Below, piece after piece: positions 44,208 to 56,229 of a stretch of DNA of 64,000 bases. Within the stretch, counting starts at the first letter, position 1, and every line of letters begins with the position of its first letter. The stretch lies in the NCBI GenBank assembly GCA_951406725.2, contig OX597817.1, forward strand, positions 101,060,001-101,124,000, given 5' to 3'. The DNA is from Octopus vulgaris. Taxonomy: Eukaryota. The translations under genes and the position numbers were made by a program. The notes beneath the pieces were generated by a model that did no database searches, was not told where the DNA came from, and saw only the letters and a list, made by a program, of their open reading frames with translations.

Positions 44208-44970
44208 ATAAGGATAAGATCGTTAATTTAAAATTAAACAACGATTTTATCAAGTGGCCAGCATGGGAAAAATAACCTTCAAAGATAATAATTATTAAAA
44301 TTATAAATTGGGGTATCTACGAGATACCACCATGCTGAAAATAGCAGCCATGATCTGACTCTAAAGCTACCTTAATTGTCCATATAGCAACACGGGGAGA
44401 AAGCAAAAAGACAAGATGAAACTAGTAAAAAGTTACTGGATAATTCCAGATCCCGGATTTCTGACTTTGCATTTAGGAATGCTTTGCCTCGTCGATTTAA
44501 TTTTTCATTAATATTATCATACATTATTCTTTTATTTAGTGTTAATACACGTATATTTCTATATTTATTTGTTAATTTATTATATGTTTAGATACATACA
44601 TTTATTTTATTATTTTAGACCTGAAGAGTGGCTATATTTATAAATTGAATTAAATTTAAATCGAATTAATTTTCATAGTTTCGATCTTATTTTATTATTA
44701 TTGATTTAAAAATATAGTCACGAAACGCGCGTAGTCAATTTAATGCTTATTTAATTTAGTGATTGAATATTAAATATTATACTATATTTAAATTTTTTCT
44801 ATATGGTGTAGATAACGTCTTTCATTATTGAATTACGTAATAGAGGTTATTTCTCTTAATTATATACATATATTATCTATTGTGAATTCTGATTTAGAAT
44901 TGCTAAATCGAATTTTTTCCTGTAAGTTTAGAATTATATTCCCTACTACTATTATTAATAATAATATTAC
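44208..44970 (+). mobile_element. Non-coding HHR-bearing element flanked by (TA)n
   Basis: Bounded by TA runs and contains a canonical-core HHR; no ORF. Confidence 0.6.
44618..44736 (+). ncRNA. Type I hammerhead, canonical core, long AU-rich stem II insertion
   Basis: GAC-CTGAAGA-GTGGCTATATTT...AAATATAGTCAC-GAAAC-GCGC-GTA-GTC. Confidence 0.8.
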
Positions 44971-45049
44971 TATATGTATATATATAAATATTTTTTAGGG
45001 AATAAAAATTCCGGCATAACAGAGGTACAAATTATTCTCGATGAAGAAA

Positions 45050-45228
45050 TATATTTTAATTTAGAGATAGTAGACCTCTACATCTCACCAAATAAAAAAA
45101 ATTTTTATATTTATTTTAAATACCTACTGTTTTATTACTTGTAATAAAACAGTAGGTATTTAAAATAAATATATAAATCATTTTTAATTGGTGAGATATA
45201 GGGGTCTACTATCTCTAAATTAACATAT
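45050..45228. repeat. Near-perfect ~85-bp-arm palindrome between TA runs
   Basis: TTAATTTAGAGATAGTAGACC..TACCTACTGTTTTATTAC-TT-GTAATAAAACAGTAGGTA..GGTCTACTATCTCTAAATTAA. Confidence 0.9.
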
Positions 45229-45415
45229 ATATATATATACGTTTAAATATTTGTTGTGCAAGATTTTTTATGTGAAGTCGTGTGTTGAAACAGATATTGT
45301 TATATTTCGGAATGGTCATATTGCCAGTTTAGCCAATAAAAACACACGCACTATATATTTGGTGTTATTTTGCTTCAGTGATATTTATTTTTTACATTAA
45401 TCTTAATCTTATTTC

Positions 45416-45460
45416 GGCCAGAGTTCTTTCGTCACACTCCTGTGACCGCATCAGTGGTCC
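45416..45460 (-). ncRNA. Hammerhead-like motif, core variant (left arm)
   Basis: Reverse complement of 47362-47406. Confidence 0.6.
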
Positions 45461-45775
45461 TTTGTTTTCTTCTCACTTATTTGTGTCTCTCCTTACTAAC
45501 CGTCAGCCATTTTGTATTTCTATTGTATGTCTTCATTTGCGCATGCTTATATCTCTTTGTGCGTCTATGTTTATTTAGTGTGTGTGTGGGGGGATGCCTG
45601 TAATATTTGTATCTTCTGGTTATATACATTCTTGTAATTTGTATTTTGTTTTTGTTGTTGTTGCTTTTGTTCTAATTTTGTTCATGTGTTTACATCCACC
45701 CATTATTATCATTACATATGCTTGTATGTATGTATAACAACAATATTAGTAATAATAATAATAAATCTAATCTAA

Positions 45776-45809
<34 letters not shown>

Positions 45810-45951
45810 TACACACATATATACACATATACACACACATATATATATATATATACACACACATACATAGATATATATACATATACATAGTTATTCATAT
45901 CTATTTCTTTACTTATCTGTGTATTTATTATGCTTGCAGGATCCACTATCG

Positions 45952-46677
45952 TCATATGTTGTGGTGTGTGCTATTGCTCCATTCTAGTTTTCTATTCAGG
46001 CTAGGTTTATTTTCTATTATATGTGTAGCTTCTGTAATTTGTCTAATTGTTGCATCTGTTCTATGTGTGGACAATATCTTAATCTCTATGTTATTGATTG
46101 ATCCCCCGTGTTCCTGTTCGGCGTGTTGGTACAGAATCGATGAGCTCTTACCTTCCTTGAGTTGTCTCCAATGTTCATTCACCCGCTCTCCAATGCTTCT
46201 TGCTGTTTCCCCTACGTATGTTACTGTCTTGTTACTGCATCGTCCCTCTATACATCTTATACTATAGACCACATTTCTGGCTTTACAGTTTGTTTGTGGG
46301 CTAAATCTACATACAGTGCAATAGTTATCCGTACAGAGAGTTCTACTAAAAGGATAGGTTCTACCAATTATAGATCTGATAGGGTTGCCTGACTTTTCAA
46401 CAACCTTAATTCTTAGTTTAAGTTTATCTAGGGTCCTTCTAAAGCGGTACGCCAGTTCACCTCCAGGGGTGGTGTCAACGAACATGACACTCTGGTATTT
46501 ATGGCTATCATACCAAGAGTTGGCCTTCCCTATTTTCTTTTTTGTCCTTTCTATAGTGTTCCATGACTTGTTCCTATAGAGTGGGCAAATCCCATTCCTA
46601 TCATTACATAATATATTATCAAATTTCTTCATGGCTCCTTTGTATACTCTGATCCTTTCTTTATGGTAAGGTAAGAT
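45952..46677 (-). pseudogene. PLE C-terminal linker plus GIY-YIG endonuclease fragment
   Basis: FVDTTPGGELA, KVVEKSG, CTDNYCTVC, NVVYSIRC, YVGETARSIGERVNEH, RQITEA..I..PSLN. Confidence 0.88.
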
Positions 46678-47361
46678 TCATCGATTCTGTACCAACACGC
46701 CGAACAGGAACACGGGGGATCAATCAATAACATAGAGATTAAGATATTGTCCACACATAGAACAGATGCAACAATTAGAAAAATTACAGAAGCTACACAT
46801 ATAATAGAAAATAAACCTAGCCTGAATAGAAAACTAGAATGGAGCAATAGCACATACCACAACATATGACGATAGTGGATCCTGCAAGCATAATAAATAC
46901 ACAGATAAGTAAAGAAATAGATATGAATAACTATGTATATGTATATATATCTATGTATGTGTGTGTGTATATATATATATGTGTGTGTATATGTGTATAT
47001 ATGTGTGTATATATATCTATATATATATATATTTTTTTTTTCGATTAGATTTATTATTATTATTACTAATATTGTTGTTATGCATACATACAAGCATATG
47101 TAATGATAATAATGGGTGGATGTAAACACATGAACAAAATTAGAACAAAAGCAACAACAACAAAAACAAAATACAAATTACAAGAATGTATATAACCAGA
47201 AGATACAAATATTACAGGCAGCCCCCCCCCCCACACACACACACTAAATAAACATAGACGCACAAAGAGATATAAGCATGCGCAAATGAAGACATACAAT
47301 AGAAATACAAAATGGCTGACGGTTAGTAAGGAGAGACACAAATAAGTGAGAAGAAAACAAA

Positions 47362-47406
47362 GGACCACTGATGCGGTCACAGGAGTGTGACGAAAGAACT
47401 CTGGCC
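47362..47406 (+). ncRNA. Hammerhead-like motif, core variant (right arm)
   Basis: GG(A)CCA-CTGATGCG-GTCACA-GGAG-TGTGAC-GAAAG-AA-CTC-TGGCC; CUGAUGCG replaces CUGANGA(A). Confidence 0.6.
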
Positions 47407-47537
47407 GAAATAAGATTAAGATTAATGTAAAAAATAAATATCACTGAAGCAAAATAACACCAAATATATAGTGCGTGTGTTTTTATTGGCTAAACTGGCA
47501 ATATGACCATTCCGAAATATAACAATATATATATATA

Positions 47538-47607
<70 letters not shown>

Positions 47608-47612
<5 letters not shown>

Positions 47613-50600
47613 GAAGGTTTGGAGATGATGTACAGGTATTTTATATTAGAAGAAATGAGGTACTCAGAAATTCGGATGGTTTTATATTTACAGATATTTA
47701 TTTGTATATCACATGTTTTTATACATCATATATCATATATCATATATTAGCGCTTTCATCCATTCAAGTGGAGTTGTCAAATTGAACTAAGTTCTTGCAG
47801 AAAGTTCCACTCTTTTTATAGTGTTATTGAGTGTGTAGTGGTGGGGAGAGATATAGTACATGAATGGGGAGAAAGTGAGAGAGAGCATGTGTGTGTGCGT
47901 GTGCGTGTGTGTGTGTATGTGTGCGTGTGTTTTTGTATCTGAAAGAGATGTTAAAAAAAATGAAGAAAAGGGGAGAAAGAAGAAAAAAAGTTTTGTTGAT
48001 TTCTTTTTAGCTGGTCAGGTTGGCAATAGTAATAGACTGTTTACTCCAAGGGGAGCAAAATGTCACTTTTCAAAAAATTGTCTGGATTTCTTTTTTATCA
48101 TTGTCTTATGAGAGAGTGTATGTGTGTGTGTATGTGTGTGTGTGTGCGTGTGTGTGTGTGTGTGTGCGTGTGTGTGTTTGTATCTGAAAGGGATATTAAA
48201 GAGAAAGAAGGAAAGGAGGAAGAAGGAGAGAAAATTCGTTGATATCTTTGCAGTTGGTAGGTTTGTCAATAATAATTCTTGGCTTTTAGTGATTGTAAAT
48301 CCCCGTGTTTACTCAAAGGGGAACAAAATGTCACTTTTCAATAAATTGTTTGTACTTCCTTTTTATCATTGTCTTGTGAGAGAGTGTGTGTTTATATGTG
48401 TGCGCGCGTGTGTGCGTACGTGTGTGTGTTTGTGTTTTTGTATCTTAAAGGAGTGTTAAGGAGGAATGGTCAAGTTGTCAATAACAATCAGTCCTTGGCT
48501 TTTAGCTATGGTCAAATGTCACTTTTCAAAAAATTGTCTGGATTTCCTTTTTATCATTGTCTTGTGAGAGTGTGTTTGTGTATGTGCGTGTGTGTGTGTG
48601 TGGGGGGGGGTCTGCGTATCTGAAAGGAGTGTTAAATGGGGAAAAATGTTTATATTTTTGCAACTGTAAATGATTTTTGGCTTTTAGAAATTGGCTACTT
48701 CAAGGGGGGGGGGGAGTAAATGTCACTTCTCAAAAAATTGTCTGGATTTCTTTTTATTAATGTTTTGTGAATGTGTGTGTGCGTGTGTGTGTGTGTGTGT
48801 GAATCTGGAAGGGGTGTTGCTGGAGAAGGGAAGAAAGAAGAAAAAGGGGAAGAAGAAATAATTGTGTTGATATTATACCACTATTCAGTTCTTTCAATCC
48901 AATGTTTGATTCCTGTGCTTACATGGGATGGAGAATATGGATTAAAGATTGTTTTTATGTATATGTACACATGTGTAGTGCTGTGTGTGTGTGTGTTTAA
49001 TACAATTTACATTACAAATTTGGTCCTTCATCTAGTACAACTTATTATAGAAATAATTTCAGGCATTCAATTTTGGGGAGAACTTAGTTATGAAGTATTT
49101 TTCCATATTCCTCCTGAAGGAGGTGTCATTCTTTGAACATTGTAGAAGGGAAAGATCATAAATTTTCCTTCTCCACATGTATCTAGGTGTTTACTCAGTG
49201 GTATCTTGCGCAGTTCTTCCTGTCGGACATGTTGTCGGGGAATTCTGGCTCGTTGGCATAAAGAATTTTCAGTTTCACCTATATAATCCTCCTTGAATGT
49301 GGGGCAGGTTATGTAGTATATTACGTTCTGCGTCTTTCAGTTCATATCTACATTTACTTTGAATGTGTGACCACTTTTAAATTTCATTTGTTTGTCTCCC
49401 TCTATATATTTGTAGGTGGGGTTACTGCAGATCCCACATCTACCATCTCCGCACTCTTTTACAAAGAATGCAGTTTTAGTTTCTGATGAGAATTTCGCTC
49501 TTGTTAGTTGTTTCTTCAGGTTTTTGTCTTGTCGTCTACTGTTTTTATGCAATATTTGTTTAATATGTTTTCTATTTTGGGGCTTTGTAGGACTATTGGT
49601 AGGTTTGAATGAATGATTTGAAACATGTTGGTAACTCCAGAGTTGTGTGTGTTTATGAAAGGGATGATGTTTTCTTTGTTTTTCGTTTTGGGGTTCTGAG
49701 TTGTGCGATGTCTAGTTTCATTGCTCTTGAGATTCCATTTTTTTATTAGTTTAAGGGGGTATTTTTGTTCTAGTAGGAAGTTTTTAAGTTCATCTAGTTT
49801 TATTTGGCGTGTTTGTGAGTCAGTTACTATGCTGCATATGCATGTTGCCATACTATACGGGATGTTTCTTTTTATGTGGCATGGGTGGCAGAAGTAGAAA
49901 TTTAAATATTGGCGTGTGTCGTTTTTTTTGTAGTGGATGTCTGTTGTGATGATGGAGTTGTGTATCTTGATGTTGATGTCTAGGAAGGGAAGTTCGTTGT
50001 GGCTGGTATTTATTGTGAAGTTAATAGATGGGTGCAGTGTGTTGAGGATGTTGTGGAATGTTCGTAGATTTTCTTCTGACTGTTCCAAAAGATGAAGCAG
50101 TCATCGAGGTAGCGTTTCCACTTTGCTTGATGTCTTCTCTGAAGTCGTGTTCGAAAACTTTTCCTATTTCATGGTATAGTTTCTTCTCAAAGAAACCCAT
50201 CACTAGGTTGGCATATGAAGGTGAGAATTTTGTACCCATAGCCGTGCCTTTTATCTGTCGGTATATCTTGTTGTTGAATGAGAATGTATTTTCTTCGGGT
50301 ATTAATTGGGTGGCTTGGGTGATAAATTCTGTCTTGAAACGTTTATCTATGAGTTCCCTGTATTTTTCTACCGATTGTTTTATCGCTTCCAGATCTAGGG
50401 TGTGTGGTATGTTCGTGTAATAGTTTGTGACATCGAAGCTTACAAGTATGGCGTTTTTCGGAACTGTATTTGGAATGTGTGTGAGGAAGTCTATGTCATC
50501 CCTTATGTAGCTTGGTATCTGTGGGCATAAAGGTTTAAGGAGTACATCTATGAAGTGGCTTAGTTGTTGTGTTGGCGCCAGGGGCTCTGCCACTTTTGGT

Positions 50601-51258
50601 CTCATTGTGAGGTCTGCGGGCCTTTGTATTCTTATATAGTGGTTCCTCTGTTCCTTTATGGCTCTCTGTATTTCAGAGCTTTTATGAATTTTAGGTAATC
50701 CATAAAAGTTGCTATCTTTGGTTCGTGAGTTGCATAGTCTTTCTCCTTATCTGTAAAGGAGTCCTGGTATTCATTGACTAATGTTCTAATTTTTTTAATT
50801 GTTACTTTCTCCGGTGGTGTTGGTTCCTCTTTATAGTATGTCTGGTTGTTAAGCAACTCCCGTATCTTTACTTTGTAGTAATCTGTATCCATAATTACTA
50901 TTGCTCCACCTTTGTCAGCTTCTTTTATAATGATCGACTTGTCATTTTTTAGTTTTTGTAAGGCTTGTTTTTCTCCTCTGCGGAGGTTCTGTTTGCATTT
51001 GTGTGTGTTGAGAAGGAATTTGGAGATTGTCTCTATGTATGCATCTAGGTGAATTCCATAAGGCGGAGGCGGCGGCTGAAGTTATCTATATCAGTTTTTA
51101 GTTCTATGAGATTTGGAGTGGGTGTGGGTGTAAATTTGAGGCCTTTTAGTAGTAGGTCCCTTTCATTTTTGTTAAGTTCTCCTTTAGATAGGTTTATTAT
51201 TTCGGGGTCTATGTGCTTTGTGTGTTCATTCGGAATTTTTGGTGTATTGGGTCTGGAG
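47608..51258 (-). mobile_element. Decayed Neptune-like PLE related to 21538-27201, with ~190-270-bp tandem units in its 3' UTR (47870-48800)
   Basis: Frameshifted RT/GIY-YIG pieces: IINLSKG..LLKGLKFTPTP, VSFDVTN, GTAMGTKFSPSYAN, PFLDI, CGDGRCGIC, YIGET (49130-51258). 3' end at a long (TA)n. Confidence 0.9.
47745..47783 (-). ncRNA. Degenerate minimal hammerhead, U3-A8 variant
   Basis: Minus strand: AAT-TTGACAA-CTCCA-cttgaa-TGGAT-GAAAG-CG-CTA-AT; palindrome AGCGCT; same position in the element as in the related PLE. Confidence 0.5.
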
Positions 51259-51292
51259 TATGGTTGAAGTATCCTTTCCCTATATATGTATG

Positions 51293-51335
<43 letters not shown>

Positions 51336-51354
51336 AAAGGATACGTCAACCATA

Positions 51355-53000
51355 CTTCAGACACAAGACGGCATCCTCTACTGTCCACGACCTCATCTCG
51401 TCCTCCCATCTCCCCCACACCGCATCCAACCTCATTGTCCGAACCCTACGCACCCCCACCATTTACTTCATCCCCAAAATCTACAAACCCAACAACCCTG
51501 GCCGCCCCATCGTCTCCGCCTGTAACTGCCCCACGGAGCTCATCTCAAAATACTTCGACCGTGTCCTTGCCCCCCTAGTGGCGTCTCTTCCCTCCCACAT
51601 CCACGACACCAACCATGCTCTCCGGCTTTTCAACTCTTTCTCCTTTCCTCCTGGCTCCTCCAAAATCCTTTTTACAATGGACATCCAGAGCCTCTATACC
51701 GTCATCCCTCACCACGAAGGACTGCGGGCACTTCAACACTTTCTCGACCTCCACCCCAACCCCGAACCCGACACCTCCACACTCATTCGTCTGGCCGAAC
51801 TTGTCCTTTCTCTTAACTGCTTCTCGTTCGCGGGCGAGTTCTACCAACAAGTCTCGGGAGTGGCCATGGGAACGCGAATGGGCCCCAACTATGCGAACCT
51901 CTTCGTTGGCTATGTTGAAGCCCAAATATTCTCTAGTTTCACTGGTCCCACTCCCGAACTATACGGTCGTTACATTGACGACATTATCGGTGCCACCTTA
52001 CCCTCCCGTGAACATCTAGATTCCTTCCTCTCTTTCTTTCAATCCTTCCATCCTGCCCTCCACTTCACCTCAACTATCTCCAACACCTCTGTCTCCTTCC
52101 TCAAAATTTTGGTCAGCATTCATCACTCCACTCTTACCACCTCCATTCACTACAAACACACAGACTCACACTCATACCTAAACTTCTCTTCCTCCCACCC
52201 CAAACACACCAAGCTTTCCATCCCCTATTCCCAATTCCTCCGTCTACGTAGGCTCTGTAGTGACGACCATGACTTTGAGACTCAGCCACTTCATCCTACG
52301 TGGATACCCCCTCACCACTATTCACACCGCCCTTGCCAGAGCACGTTCCGTAGACCGTGCATCTGCTCTCTCCCCCCGAACCTACCCTGCAGTCTCCCGC
52401 CTCCCTTTTCTCCTCACTTACCACTCCACCACCCTACCTCTCCAACGCACCATTCTTCGAGCTTTCTGGCATCTCCAGTCCGACCCGTACACTTCACACC
52501 TCTTCCCTAACCGACCCCTCCCCTCCTTCAAACGAGCCCATAACCTACGAGATCTCTTGGTCCACAGCTTCTTCACTGACCCTACCTCCCAACCTGGCTC
52601 GTTCCCCTGCTCCAGCCCACGTTGCCGCACTTGCCCTTACTTCTCCAACACCACCCTCCTCACTGGCACCCATCATCAACCCTATCGCATCATCGACTCC
52701 TTCACCTGCACCTCCAGCAATATCATCTATTGCATCTCCTGCTTTCTCTGCCATTCCCTGTACATCGGACAAACGGGACGCCGCTTGGCTGACCGGTTCG
52801 CGGAACACCTCCGAGACATCCGCCTTGCCAATGACACACCGGTCTCACGCCATTTCCGCTCTACCGGTCACTCCTTGCAACACCAGTCTGTGTTCGGATT
52901 GTCCTTGCACAGAGGCCATCCGGATTCTCGCCTGCGCCGTGAACCGGGATTAATCTTCTCTCTTCGCTCTTTTACGCCATTTGGTCTCATCTTTCCCCAC
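51355..53000 (+). pseudogene. PLE RT plus GIY-YIG, one frameshift near 52285
   Basis: YFIPKIYK..GRPIVS, FTMDIQSLYT, GVAMGTRMGPNYANLF, RYIDD, CSSPRCRTC, NIIYCISC..C..LYIGQTGRRLADRFAEH. Confidence 0.93.
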
Positions 53001-53761
53001 TTTTCATCTAACCTCCACCAACTCCTACTTCTCTTCAGTCCTTCATCTTTTCACCCCTACTCTCTTTCCCTCCTCTTCCGTTCTTTCCCTTCTTCCCTCT
53101 TCTTCTTTCTTCTTCCCTCTTCCCCTTCTCTCTTTCTCTCTGCTCCCTCACTCCCCTTCTCTCCCCCCCTCCCCTCCTCTCCCTCTACCCTCCTTTCCCA
53201 TCCCTCTCGTTCTCCTCCTCTTCTTCCTTCTCCTCTCCCTCCACCTCCTCCGCCTCCTCTCCTCCCCCTCCCCCTCCCCCATCTCCTCGTCCTCTCCTCC
53301 CCTCCTCCCCTCCCCTCCTCCCCTCCCCTCCTCTCTCTCCTCTCCCCTCCTCTCTCTCCTCTCTCCCTCTCACTCTCCCCACAACCCCCACTCTACCCCA
53401 AGCCCGAGTCGAACCCACACCCCACATGGGCTTTCCACACTCTCGCCCCCACCTCCCCACAACATCACACCACACTACACTACACCATACGACATTACAC
53501 ATCAGATCATACATACATACACACGTCCAGACCACCAGCTCTCTTTCACACGCACTTATATACTCTCTTATACACACACGCACCTTCATGTTGGGACGAG
53601 GTCACTTGACCCTGTCATCTCCCCTACTATCCCTCTAGCGTCTAACGTCTGATTTCTGACGTCTGACCTCTGATCTCTGACTTCTGCCTGAAATCAGAAC
53701 GCCATGTTGGATCGTTAGCTCCTACACGCATTTTTTTCTCTCCTTGTTTCTTTTCTGTGTA

Positions 53762-53799
53762 TCATTCTGTCGAAGAGCGTAGGCTCGAAACGTAAAAGA
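53762..53799 (+). ncRNA. Minimal type I hammerhead, A6U core variant
   Basis: TCATT-CTGTCGA-A-GAGC-GTAG-GCTC-GAAAC-GTA-AAAGA; loopless palindromic stem III (ACGT). Confidence 0.7.
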
Positions 53800-53911
53800 C
53801 TTGTTTTATTTCTATTCCTGAGCGCCATACTAATTCAATTGTTTGTTTGTACTCCACCTGCCTTCGTCTTTTGTTTATTTTCGTAAACCTTCCCGTTATA
53901 TATATGTATAT

Positions 53912-54138
53912 AGGCGGCGAGCTGGTAGAAACGTTAGCACGCCGGGCGAAATTCGTAGCCGTATTTCGTCTGTCGTTACGTTCCGAGTTCAAATTCCGCC
54001 GAGGTCGACTTTGCCTTTCATCCTTTCGGGGTCGATAAATTAAGTACCAGTTACGCACTGGGGTCGATGTAGTCGACTTAATCCCTTTGTCTGTCCTTGT
54101 TTGTCCCCTCTGTGTTTAGCCCCTTGTGGGTAGTAAAG

Positions 54139-54143
<5 letters not shown>
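53912..54143 (+). mobile_element. Young full-length SINE family 1 copy in (TA)n
   Basis: Near-identical to 1208-1440. Confidence 0.9.
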
Positions 54144-54184
<41 letters not shown>

Positions 54185-54383
54185 CTACAAAATTAGAAAA
54201 TGGAGAAACATACTTAAATCAATAAAACATCAACTATCAGATGATACCCAATCAATACTTTATTACACCATTACATATCAGTAAAGGCATTATACAAAAT
54301 ATACAGTAAATGTAAATAGACAAGCAGTATATTGGATATATGTTATCCCATGGTGGGTTGAATTTTCAACCCCTATCTCATTT

Positions 54384-54418
<35 letters not shown>

Positions 54419-54435
54419 ATATATATATATATATG

Positions 54436-55106
<671 letters not shown>

Positions 55107-55109
55107 TAT

Positions 55110-55219
<110 letters not shown>

Positions 55220-55370
55220 GTATATATATATATTGTACCAATGAGTATTATATTATATAAGTGTAGCATTATGATGTATAAGTTTTTATATTTTACATTT
55301 TTATATTTTTATATTTATATGTATATGGTTATATAATATTTTTCACAATTATAACAAATTTAATTTAATT

Positions 55371-55478
55371 CTCTGAAGAGGCCGTGGGGCATCCTTGTTA
55401 ATGCCTCATTTATACCTACCTTTATGGCTTATAGGTTAAATGAGGTATGACTGCCCTCACTGCCGAAACAGCTGTCAG
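55371..55478 (+). ncRNA. Type I hammerhead, canonical core, long stem II
   Basis: CT-CTGAAGA-GGCCGTGGGGCA..ATGCCTCATTTA..TAAATGAGGTAT..TGCCCTCACTGCC-GAAAC-AGCT-GTC-AG. Confidence 0.8.
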
Positions 55479-55691
55479 TTTTGATTTAATTGCATATTAT
55501 ATTTGAAATTTTTTACTTATATCTCTTTATCTTTTTACTATTACTGTATATCTCATTTTGTATAATGCCTTTACTCATATGTAATGGTGTATTAAAGTAT
55601 TGATTGGGTATCATCGGATAGTTGATGTTTTATTGATTTAAGTATGTTTCTCCATTCTCTAATTTTGTAGTATATATATATATATATATAC

Positions 55692-55932
55692 TTTATTGAA
55701 AGGCAGCAGAAATATCACAAAAACTGTTTAGAGTTCCACGTTACCGTTCGTCTGACAGTTATATTTATAATGATTCTAAACAAAACTGTCCGACGAACGG
55801 AAACGTGACATTCTGAGTAACAGCTTTTGTGGTTTTTCTGCTGCTTTTCAATAATGCATATTACTCTACGTCTGGTATTCGAGTATTATTTTTTCCACTT
55901 TGTCTTGCATTTATGTGCTTACTCCGGTATAT
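55692..55932 (+). mobile_element. Small fold-back element with decayed hammerheads in both arms (55724-55758 minus, 55786-55823 plus)
   Basis: Inverted arms 55694-55760 and 55783-55854; the two arms together give CTGT-C(C/A)GACGA-ACG-GNAA-CGT-GAAAC-TCTGA-GTA-ACAG. Confidence 0.55.
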
Positions 55933-55934
55933 TC

Positions 55935-56193
55935 TTTTTACTCTTTTACTCTTTTACTTGTTTCACTCATTTCAATCTGGCCATGCTGGAGCACCGCCTT
56001 TAGTCGAGCAAATTGACCCTAGAACTTATTCTTTGGAAGCCTAGTACTTATTCTATCGGTTTCTTTTGCCGAACCGCTAAGTTACGGGGACAGTAAACAC
56101 ATCACCATCGGTTGTTAAACGATGTTGGGGGCACAAACACAGACACACAAACATATACACACACACACACACACACATACATACATACATACA

Positions 56194-56229
<36 letters not shown>

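Larger units (their letters stand above)
45240..47528 (-). mobile_element. 5'-truncated PLE with a long inverted duplication of its own 3' end (arms 45294-46143 and 46678-47528)
   Basis: GIY-YIG ORF on the minus strand; ~850-bp inverted arms with tails pointing outward, both ending at (TA)n. Confidence 0.9.
51355..53898 (+). mobile_element. 5'-truncated C-rich PLE (Neptune-like) with polypyrimidine 3' UTR
   Basis: RT plus GIY-YIG, terminal HHR, 3' end ..CCTTCCCGTTATATATA. Confidence 0.93.

Noticed and set aside
47870-48800. Regularly recurring AAATGTCACTTTTCAAAAAATTGTCTGGATTTC blocks resembling a CRISPR array
   Set aside because: The intervening sequences are homologous to each other and ~190-270 bp long, the context is eukaryotic, and there are no cas genes; it is a tandem repeat in a PLE UTR.
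52981-53652. Long Pro/Ser/Leu-rich ORFs and the Gly/Glu/Arg-rich ORFs at 61586-62476
   Set aside because: Read-through into the polypyrimidine 3' UTR of the C-rich PLE family.
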